Shown here one piece after another: positions 11,716 to 21,673 of a stretch of 64,000 bases of DNA (positions within the stretch are counted from its first letter, which is position 1; each line of letters starts with the position of its first letter). Location: contig DF237017.1 in the NCBI GenBank assembly GCA_000708835.1, positions 78,987 through 142,986 of the forward strand, given 5' to 3'. This stretch comes from Klebsormidium nitens (Eukaryota > Plantae > Klebsormidiophyceae). The notes below the pieces were generated by a model. That model ran no database searches. It saw only the letters and a list, made by a program, of their open reading frames with translations, and was not told where the DNA came from. Made by a program: the position numbers and the translations under genes.

Positions 11716-13028
11716 CCATTTAGGACCAACCAGGCTCCGAGACTCGACCTATTCGGGATTGTAGAGCTTCGCGATTATACCAGGCAATACGTTTGCCATG
11801 ATGCAAACGGGCCTCCGTTGGCGCCCTGGCATTTCTGGCGATGCCAGCGCACTTGGCGTAATGCAATTAAAATTGACCTTCATCAAGCTAGTAGCGCTCG
11901 CTTCTGCATCTTCGATCGGAAGAGCCGCGCAGGAGCATCAGCAGCTGCTCAGTCCTTGACCGAATTGGTTGCCAGGTTATGCAAGTAACGATCATGTTTG
12001 CGTTGCTCAGACTCAAAAGCTATGATTTGTTGTACTTGTCCTACTTTCCGAAAAGATTGATCGCCCTTTCTTCGTCCTGTGTTTGCATCCACTGATCTAA
12101 GTACGGGGTCGACGCGCAGTGGGAGGAGCATGCTAAGTTTGGCTTATACGGATCAGCCTGTATGGCTCAGTGCCAGATCAAGCCGCCGGGCCCATAGTTG
12201 TAAAGTAGAGAGCCTCGGAGCAGCTGGGCCGCTTGCTGCACTGCCGCGCCGAGCAGTCTGGTGGCAGCCGTGCGCATATGCTTCCATGCAAGTTACATGA
12301 TGAGCTTGTGACAGCAACGGCCGGTGCACACCGTAATATGTGTCCAGCACGCGAGCTCTGGCCCGCATATGCATGTGTGGCATGCGATCACCCGGCCATG
12401 TGGGGCGGCTGTGAGTTCATGTGCGTTGGCCGCCGTTTGCAGATTAAAGCTGCCGCCGGTGAGCATGATGCACAAATTTACGTCGAGCTACTCCACGCAT
12501 GCCTAGGGGATGATGGGACATGCTCGATCATACCATGATCCACATTTGCAATATCACATACGGATGCCATGGGCCGCCCAGTCCACGTGCACCTTTGAGT
12601 AAGGTTTGACGGCGCAAGGCATCCAGGGCCGGCCAGATCGAGACTTTTTGAAATGCACTGAAGCGGTGGTGCCCGCGCCTGGCAACTAAGATGTTTATCG
12701 GCTTTGCTCCGTAAGCCGATAAACAATGAGGAATACGAGAATGTGACGGCATGTGCCACTGGCCCACAATGCGACATTGTCACTGGGTCCGACCTGGAGG
12801 ATCAGATTGAGGAAGAACAGTCGCTTCAACACTTACTTGATTTAATGAAGTTCGTTATAAGCTGCTGATACTGGACTACATCCCACGAGGCCAATATCTC
12901 AGGGTAATCACTATCTGTCTCACTTGAAGACGACTCTTACGTTTGACTGTCTTCGATTGGATAAGCTGCAAAGAGAGCTACTCAGCCTAACCTACTTCCT
13001 CTGATCACTCTACTCCAAATCACCTTGG

Positions 13029-15038
13029 CTACGTTTTCAATCGCCCTGCCAGCGGCGCAGGCCTCATCTCATGCCCGCACGTCTTGCACTTCCGCGCATT
13101 CGCGTTGTTCCCGTGCGTACACTTTGGACACGTATTTCCACTGTACTGCGCCACCCGCTTTGCCCGCAGCTCCGCCCCGCACGCCCCGCAAGTCCGTGCA
13201 TTCCCGTTGTTCCCCCGTCCGCATTTCGAGCACTTGTTGCTGCTATACTCCCGCGGAAGATACGCATTGCACTGTATGCACGTGACGAAGCTGCGAGGAT
13301 TCATTGTTCCACAGCCCCCGCACTTTTGCTCCAAAAGCGGGGGGAGCGGCGCCACCGGTTTTGGCCCCCTCTTCCCGCACGAGGGGCAGTGGCTCGCATT
13401 TTGCGGCAGGATTTTCGTGCAGCTTTCAGTCCATGGGCACTTTTTGTACCCCGGTTTCTGGGATGCTGGGAGTTTGAACACGGGGCGCTCGAGGGAGGCC
13501 GGAGGATCCGCTCTGGCTTTGGCGCGGGCTTTTTCCTTAGGGGGCACTGTGGGGGGGGCTGGCTGTATCGTGTGAATGGTGACTCCAGGCGGGGGCCAAC
13601 TGCTGGAGATCGCAGCTGGAGTCCCATTTTGGAGGATTGGGGGCTGGCTTTGGGAATCGGTTGGGACAGACGGTGGCGGATGTGGAACTGGTTGGGAGAC
13701 TGCTGGCGTTGTCGAAGCTTGGGCCGAAAGGGAGGGTTCGGAGGGGGCCGGAACCTGGAGGGTAGTGGAGGGGTTCTCGTTCTGGCTTTGCTGGGGTGCT
13801 GAGCTTGGTTCCTTACCGCCCTGGATCTGGTCAAACTGAAATAGACTATTTTGCGGCAACTGCAAAAACTGCGACACATCCACGGGTTTTGGCGCGATAG
13901 GCGCCGCCCCCCCCCCTCCGTTTGCCTGTGCACTTGGGCCCCAACTTGGGCCACTCCCATCTAAAACAACAACCGTTCCGTCCCCTGGATCCCGCTTCCG
14001 CTTCCCCTTGCCCTTCCCCTTCATCTGCTGCGCAAACTGCGCTTGCGCCTGCAACTCCTCGGCTGTCGAGAGCCCCAGCGCCTTGGCCTTCATTGCGATC
14101 GCCCCCTTTGACGGCTTCAGTTTCGGTTGCCCCCGCTGATCTTCCGCCTGGCTCGCCAAGAGCAGCTGCGCCCGTAGCCTCTGCATTTCTCGCTCGAAGT
14201 ACGCCCTCTCCCCTGCCACAGTCACCTCGTACTCTCTTTTCAGCTTTGCGACCTCCGCCGCGTGCTTCGCTTCGAGTGCGAGGAACGCGGGCCGCATCCG
14301 CTGGAAGTCGCACGCCTTGAGGTGCGCCGCCATCTCTGGCCGCCGCAGCTTCGCGCCGCAACCGAGCTTCTCGTGCGGACACCGCACCTCCGTCCTGGTG
14401 CACGACAATAGCTTATGCATCTCCAACTCGCGTACCGCGACCGACGCCCCGCACTCGCACTCGCAGCTGAACGTGCAGCTCTTCATGTGGGCCGGGAGGC
14501 CCCACCTCCAAACAGAAACCGGGCACCCGTTTGCTGACCCTGAGCAGAGGACAGTCTGGTGCGTGCATTCTGCCAAGTGCGCTGGTAAGTCCTCAAATCG
14601 CTCTTTCCAGCCACACCCCCCGGGGACCGCTTCATACTCTGAGCTGACACAGTTGTAGCTCAGATTGGAAGGGCAGTTGACGCCGAGATCGTTGACCAGG
14701 GTTTGCAGCTGGACGTTCACGCTGACCCTATCCTTCTGGATCTCCTTGCTGCACGTTGGACACTGAGCAGTGTCCAACTGTCCGAAACGTCCGGCGAGAC
14801 ACGCAGCACAGAAACTGTGACCCTCCCCACACCCCGAGCTCTGAGCGTCTGTTATGATGTCTGAACAAAGCGAGCAGCTCAGGCTCTTGGCGAGAAAGTT
14901 ATTGATCAGCAGCTCCTTCCGGTGGACTTTCCTGGGGATGATTGGGGGATCCGCCTCGCTCGCGTCGCCGACCCTGGCTACGCCGGATACCACACCCTCC
15001 GCGCCGTGCTTGTGATACCGTGCATAAGGGGAGTCCAT
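13029..15038 (-). CDS. Intronless 669-aa RING + TRAF-type zinc fingers + coiled coil + Pro-rich linker + C-terminal RanBP2/NZF-like zinc fingers; putative E3 ubiquitin ligase
   Basis: One continuous ORF. C3HC4 RING: CSLC...CGEGHSFCAAC...CPTC. TRAF/SIAH-type fingers include CPHEKLGCGAKLRRPEMAAHLKAC. Three C-x2-C-x3-N-x6-C-x2-C fingers at the C-terminus. Confidence 0.9.
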   Translation of the reverse strand: MDSPYARYHKHGAEGVVSGVARVGDASEADPPIIPRKVHRKELLINNFLAKSLSCSLCSDIITDAQSSGCGEGHSFCAACLAGRFGQLDTAQCPTCSKEIQKDRVSVNVQLQTLVNDLGVNCPSNLSYNCVSSEYEAVPGGCGWKERFEDLPAHLAECTHQTVLCSGSANGCPVSVWRWGLPAHMKSCTFSCECECGASVAVRELEMHKLLSCTRTEVRCPHEKLGCGAKLRRPEMAAHLKACDFQRMRPAFLALEAKHAAEVAKLKREYEVTVAGERAYFEREMQRLRAQLLLASQAEDQRGQPKLKPSKGAIAMKAKALGLSTAEELQAQAQFAQQMKGKGKGKRKRDPGDGTVVVLDGSGPSWGPSAQANGGGGAAPIAPKPVDVSQFLQLPQNSLFQFDQIQGGKEPSSAPQQSQNENPSTTLQVPAPSEPSLSAQASTTPAVSQPVPHPPPSVPTDSQSQPPILQNGTPAAISSSWPPPGVTIHTIQPAPPTVPPKEKARAKARADPPASLERPVFKLPASQKPGYKKCPWTESCTKILPQNASHCPSCGKRGPKPVAPLPPLLEQKCGGCGTMNPRSFVTCIQCNAYLPREYSSNKCSKCGRGNNGNARTCGACGAELRAKRVAQYSGNTCPKCTHGNNANARKCKTCGHEMRPAPLAGRLKT

Positions 15039-17095
15039 GGCAGGACTAGCAACAGCTTAAGCTAAGCTAGGCGCCGCAATCTGAAGATCCTTCCTCATGC
15101 TGCTCCTTGAAGTTTGAACACCCTTGAAGTTGAACCGCTTGCAACCTCACCTTCAAGCCCAGCCTGAGGCCCGGGCCCCAGCTTTTGATCTGGCTCTTTC
15201 GCGCCACCATTTTGCGGACGATACCGTATTCGGTATTCGGACAGGGATCATGCGCAATGATACCGTCGGCATCCCGTAGGAGTACAATTTCAAGGTTTTG
15301 GACGACAAGCGTCCGCATTGCGACCGTCGAGAACCGTCGATAAAGAAATGGATCGCCAACCGCCGATCAGGAGCAGCCGGCTTACCTAGCTCGCGCTCAC
15401 ACGAGTCGTCTCTATCCTGTCTCTATCTTCTCTGTCACTGAGTTCTGCGAGCACATGGACGGTACCATCGACCTTATTGGAGGGACCCATGCACGTGTCT
15501 CAACGCGGCTCCGAGTCTCGTACCTGTCAGACGGACTCACGACTGTCCTGACGGCCTAACGCGGCATCCGATCCGCTCAGAAGAGCTTCTTGTTTATTAT
15601 ATAATGTCAAGGGGTGAAGTGCTTCGGTAATCAGTAATGATATTATATAATGTCAAGGAGTGAAGTGCTTTGGTAATCAGTAATGATTCGGTGAAACGTT
15701 CGGGTTGCAGGGATTGTACTTACAAAGGTGAAGTTTGAGAGGAAGAAAGGATATCGATCCACTTTCCGTATCCGTAAACTTGTTGCTTCACCAGGGATCG
15801 ATTGATCCTCGCAGCATTGCCCAATCCCCACTGATGTCTATCTCTGAATGACGTCCCCTGTGAAACAAACGGGTCATGTCCTGGACGCCTGCAAAGCTTA
15901 TCAGTCTGGATGCTAGGATCATGAAGAAACAAGTAGCAGGATTGAGAAGCTAGGCTGAAATAGGCTGTATAGTGGCGCCTACTTGTCGGTTAGACGCCGC
16001 TTGCACCAGGGTTGTGGTCAATCTACCAGTTGAATAGTCTTGAAGCGCCACCTTCCTTCATCAACGCAATCAAGCACTTTGACTTTGGGTTTCTTGCTGG
16101 CTCCATATCAGCCATCAAAATGGTGGCCAAAGAGACTCTGCTCCTGTGCTTCGGGATTGCAGGCAAGCAACTTTTCTTCCAGCTCATCCATCTGTAAATA
16201 CAAAAGATAGGAGCAACTTGTGAGTGATGTAGGCTGATAAGCACATGGCAGATGACACCCCTGCCTCTGCGGAGAAGGTGGCACCGATGCAAACCAATAG
16301 ATTTGGATTGGCATTCTTGGACCGGATCAATCTCTTCCCGTGTCCTTCAAAAGATGATGAGCAACCTTTCTCGTCATCAAGGTGTGGGTGCGGTTTTGAG
16401 GAACAGCAGCTTGCTACCAGCTTGCTTAGAGAAGTGGTGGCGCGATTATCCACATGGTTCGGCTCTAGGGTTGTTACTCACAGACACAAGACGATCAGAT
16501 TGATAGAAAGCTCGCAGGCTCTAACGGCGTCTTCTTGCAGTGCAATAACTTTCGCGCGTTGGGAGAAAAGCCCTCTCCTGAGAACGAAAGAGGTTGAGTC
16601 TGCCAACCTGAGAACCTGAAAACGTAAAAAGTGTCTGCGAAAGTCTCTGTGTTTCGACCGGACTCTCTTTGCAGAGCCAAGCTCAACTTCTGCTCGCACA
16701 CAAATGCGACACAACAGGGAATACTCTGAATTGGTCTGGGGATCAGTTTCGGAGCCGCTACATCAAGCTCCCCTTCCCCTGCAGCGGCCTGCACTATTCT
16801 TGTTGCTCGGTGCTAATGTTCCTTTTTAAATTAACCTGCTTTCGCTGAACACCCCATTGCAGCCAAACTGCACCTCTTCCAAAAACATCCGACAATACAT
16901 AATTTCACCACCGTTGGTGTTTTTACCCCCCCGCGCTTCACAGAGAAAGACTTCTTCTGGTCTCACTTTCGCAAGCTATTGAATCGAACTTTATCCCCCA
17001 ATCTACCCCCCCCCTGACCCCCACTTGACCCTGCTTAAGCCCCGATTAACCCCCCTCTGACTCCCAACTTAACCCCACTTTCCTCCCCCTTGCAG

Positions 17096-20000
17096 CCAAT
17101 TGCACTTCCCTCAGTACCGCCCTCTCCCCCACGCCGACGTTTGCACGCATCGTCAAGAACCGCAGCACCGAGAAGTTCTCGTCCACGCCATACGTCGCCA
17201 GCGTCTTCTCAAACGCTATATGGCTCCTATACGGGCTGGTCACGCCCAACAGCCTATTCGTCATCACCATTAGCTCGGTTCTGGTCATCATCTATGGCAC
17301 CTACTGCGCGCTCTTTTGGAAACACGCCGTGACGTTTGAGACCAGGGTCAGCCGTCTTAATCCGTTTTGTTTTAACACCGTTCACTTCAATCATTTTCAT
17401 ACCCTGTTGGCAGAAGGGGATACTAGCGGGTTGAAAGCTTGGCAATGAAGCGGTTGCTTGATGCTTTGCCCAGGTAGCAGCATCCGAACGAAGCTCACCT
17501 GTAGATCAGCCTTCTGCTCGTTTTGCGAACGCGACTCCATCATCTGTCCGTTTGCAAAATCAAGATTCTTTTTCTTCCCCATCTCACCTTGACTAACGAA
17601 GTGTCAGCTGCTGTGCCGTTTCTGCAAAGCGCACAAGCCTTGTCGAGCTGCCTGGCCCTTGTTCCTCTTTTTGCTCTTCCGAGCTCCATCAACGCATTTG
17701 TTCTCTCCGGGCATGGCCCTTGTTCTCTCTGCTGTCACCCCTTCCCGAACGAAACGGAACGGAAGAGAACGGAACGGCTGCTGTTGTCTTAGAACAAGCA
17801 TGAAGCAGGCAGCTCCCTTCCGACATCTAATTCTCGTGTACATCTTTCTGCCGGATTCAGCTTGGCACTTTCCGTCCCGTTCAGGTTGCGACGGAGCGGC
17901 TGCTGTTCGGAGCCGCGCTCGTCATCTCGGTTACCGCGGCAATCACGTGGGGGGCCGTTCCGGAAGACCGCCGGACGCTTCTGCTGGGGCTGTTCGGTGA
18001 CGTTCTGTCCGTCATCCAGGCAAGGATTTCGTTTGTTTTCGGAAACAGAATGCATGTATGGAATGTAAGTGCGGTCCGCGTTCCAGACGAGAAATCGTAA
18101 AGCAGAGGTGACTGGGGACGCGACTAAAGTAGTCGAGAGGCCGGGCTTCTCATTGTCCTTTCATTGACAGCCAGCTTGCGTTCCCGCAGGTGTACAATTT
18201 TTTCGTCGTTCATTGCATTCTTCTGGCCTATACCGTCCTGGAAAACACCCGCAAATGTCTCACACGATACGCCATCACAGACAGATGGCATACGCTCCAT
18301 GCACTTATCCCGGCCCAAGCTACTGCAGAGCTCAGATCTTCAAACAAAGTCAACCTTCTACATTAGTTCTTTCAGTAGTCTGGTCAAATTCTTGCGTATG
18401 CAAGTTTTCTCAAAGCCCTGGAGTGGGTGACTTGAATTTCGCCCAAGAAAGGGTCGAATTCAAAATAAAATACAAGCCCAGCTCTTACACTGATAGCGTG
18501 TCTAGTTTGACGCCCAAAACTGCAAGAAGGCCTGATCCAGATTCACATCGTTTGAACAGAAGTCATCAGCCTCGTATTCGAACTGTCAATTATTGCGTAC
18601 GTCTTTATTCTTGTTCTCGAAACAAGGGCTTTCAAAGGTAGTGCGAGAGCAAAGTTGATTCGAGTATCCCTGCGCTGTGCCCACAGGTGGCCGCTCCGCT
18701 TTCCGTTCTGGGCATGGTGTTCCGCACCAAGAGCGCGGAATACCTTCCGCTGCCCCTCTGCGTCAACAACCTCATCAACAACACAGTGTGGGGGGTGTAC
18801 GCCATACTCAAAGCGGACGTGTTCGTCGGGGTGAGCTGCAGGCTGTGCTTACGGGGGTTCAGCTCGTCGAGAAATGTGATGGCGGGGACTGTTATAAGTT
18901 GAGAATGATAAGCTGGGAGTCAGCGGATATAAGAGCGCGTCGTCCAACGAAGCGGTGCTTGAAGCTTCGGTATTCAGACCTCTGTGAGGGCCTACAATCG
19001 GGGGGACTGAGGGAGATGCAGGATTGCACAAACAAGAATCCGAAGTCCTGTAAGCTGACAATTGGAACGTTCTGGATCCAAAACCCCAAATACGAAAAGC
19101 GAAGCCCGTGCTTTCTCTCCTCAGGCCCCGTGCATTCCCGCGGTCCTACTGGCGCTTGCCTCCGTGGCTCTCATCTTTCATTACGGGGACGGCTCGAAGA
19201 CGGCCGCGGGCGCGCGTGCGGCCGCGAGCGGCACCGCTGACGTCACATACGTGGGCGGCGGAAGCATGCACGGCGGCGTGTCGGTCCACCGGGGGGCGTC
19301 GCAGAGAGGCCGCCCAAATGTGAGTTTCGTGAGGCAGATGTCAGCTTGCGTACGTTCCCCTCTGTAATGTCCTTATAAAATTTGAAAACGGATGCAGCCG
19401 CAACTCTAAATTGGTTCATACATCACATTTACGTTTCTGACGCTGTTACTGGACGGGAATTTCATAATGCCGTTCCGGTTTCCGCTTTCATCTCTCACCG
19501 TCACTGGTGAGCGCCCGGTCTCTTCCGTTCTTCAGCAAGCGCAAGCTTGCGTAATAGGTCTTTCTTTAAACCCTCTGGTGGTTACGTATCTGACGAGTAC
19601 TAATATGGCTTTCAACCATGTCTAAAACGGCGCCATTCGTGTTCCAATATGCAGAAGCTGGACATGGGCGCGCCGCTGCTGGAACGGATCGACAGCATGC
19701 CGGAATCGCCGACCGGAACGAACGGAAACGAGCTTCACTCGGCGGTCTTCGTCATCTCAGACGAGGAGGAAGTACACGGGGCCCGCAACTTCCACACCCC
19801 GACTCAGAGCGGTCCGCAAAACACCAAAGGCGGCGAGACAGAGGGTGAGCCAAGAATAGCTGATGTGTTTTGATTGTAAATGAAAGAAAGTTGAGGATGT
19901 TTACGTTGTTTTCCGGAAAGCGTAGGACATCGCGACCAAGAAAATCTTTCAGACGGCTGGAGTCCCTCTTCTCCTTCCTTCCGTTCTGCCTTGTTGCAAT

Positions 20001-20419
20001 GTCATTTATGCTCGAGAGAAGTTTTCGTTCCTGATCCATTCCCCCCCTCCATCATTACCCTTTTGCTCGACAGTCAAGAACAGTGGATTCGACCAATCAA
20101 GACCGTCGATCCTAGGAGGTAATAAGGTAGATAGCTAGGAGGGGTCTCAAACGTCCGCTCGGAAGTCCACTCTCTCCCTTCTTCCGTGCTTTCAATACTT
20201 TCACAATGTGCGTCAGCCAGCTTCGGATTTGACTGCGCAGGCCGAGGAACCCCGACAGCGACAGCGACGCGCGAGGAGGCCGTTGCTGACGTGGCTTCAA
20301 GGCGAGCTGCTGAGAAGCTGACGGAAGCAAGCCAGGGGCAGAGCGGCGCCAGGATGCCGGCCTCCTTTCGAACGAGCGTGTCAAGGCGATCCTCATTTTC
20401 TCAGCAAGAAGGCCTATAA
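17096..20419 (+). CDS. SWEET: SWEET/MtN3 family transporter with a long C-terminal tail; first exon uncertain (candidate ATG at 16704)
   Basis: Exons: 17096- (LSPTPTFARIVKNRSTEKFSSTPY...WLLYG), ~17885-18019, ~18688- (AAPLSVLGMVFRTKSAEYLP...WGVYA), 19125-, ~19655- and ~20240-20419 (stop TAA). Two MtN3 repeats with the conserved prolines. Confidence 0.9.
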
Positions 20420-21673
20420 GTCCTTCGCACGACGTAGGCCGTATTAAGGAGGACGTATCGAAGAAGTCCGCACGCTCGTTCGAATCAGTGATGAATCGAT
20501 TGCGCTACTGTCGCTTCGATCCACAGAAATCTTCCACAATGACCGCCTTAGTTTTTTAGTAGGAAGTACAAACTGACGCACGCTACTGTAGTCAGGGGAC
20601 GACGTACAGATATACATACATACCCTTCGTTCGAGATCATTGTCGACCACTTGTTTACTTATCCGTAAGAGAGCAGTTCTACATACGTCGGGTGGTACAC
20701 TAATTGCTTAGGTGAAGCTGCATTCAATGCTGCCCTTGTGTTTGACCTTGAACGTAATTGTAAACTGAATGCGTGCATCTGGTGATGGTGCCAGGCGGGT
20801 CATGATATTAGTATGCAGTCAACTCAATTTGGTATGCGCACTGTACTGGCGTCGAGCTAGGCTAGACTGCTCAATGATCGACCGATCAAATAAACGCGTA
20901 CTTGATTGATCCGACTTGGAAAATCACCAACGTGGTCGCATTGGCTAGGCGCAGGTTTTAGTGAGCGGGCGCAGCCGGACTCAAATTCCATGAGACAGAG
21001 CTCATGCAAACCATGTTGCCGGTGTATCACTATATTTCGGCCGGGCCTGTGACTACTTGCATGCATACTGATCTGAGTCAATCACAGGTGGTCATGCAAA
21101 ATCATGGTTGCTCAGTAATGATTGCGGCCTTAAAATGTCTGCGGTGCAGTGCAACAATCAACGTGAAGCTATACCGCGGCCGCATGCTCTTCAAGCACGG
21201 CGGCGATGGTCGCACTGACACATGAAGCGTATACACGCCCCGGACTGGCCACAACTCAATGCACGCGCGCATGCTGATATGAACGGAATTAGGCTCATGA
21301 CCGGACTGCGCTCTGAGCTGCTTGCATGAAAGCTTTGCACCCGCGCGACGGATTTGTGCATGGTATACTCTAGCCGCCTTGTACGGTATAAAATGATCTT
21401 TCGTAGATTTCATGGAAGCAAGACTTTTAGACCAATGCGGCCGCATGGGGTGACAAGGTGATGAACATATGCAGCGGAGCCCATGCGCCGGGCCCAGCGT
21501 AAGCCTGTACTGACTGATGTCAGGCACGCGTGCAGTTCTGGGATTATAGAAACCTCGAGTTCGCACTACTATAGTGGTTGTAAGCTTACGACCTGACGAG
21601 CGTTACTGTACAGTCTACTTTGACCCACCAAAGTGGGCGACAACTAGCGCGTGCTCTATGGTACTTCCGAAGT

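Noticed and set aside
12692-12730. Hairpin as a Helitron 3' end
   Set aside because: No CTRR terminus at the expected distance on either strand and no matching 5' TC end was identified. It is kept only as part of the spacer finding.
13071-14403. Long overlapping and antisense ORFs (13071-13802, 13301-13960, 13846-14403)
   Set aside because: They are shadow frames of the GC-rich RING-TRAF CDS with no domain signal.
15950-16620. Small ORFs between RING-TRAF and SWEET as a gene or transposon remnant
   Set aside because: No recognisable domain, no consistent exon chain and no terminal repeats.
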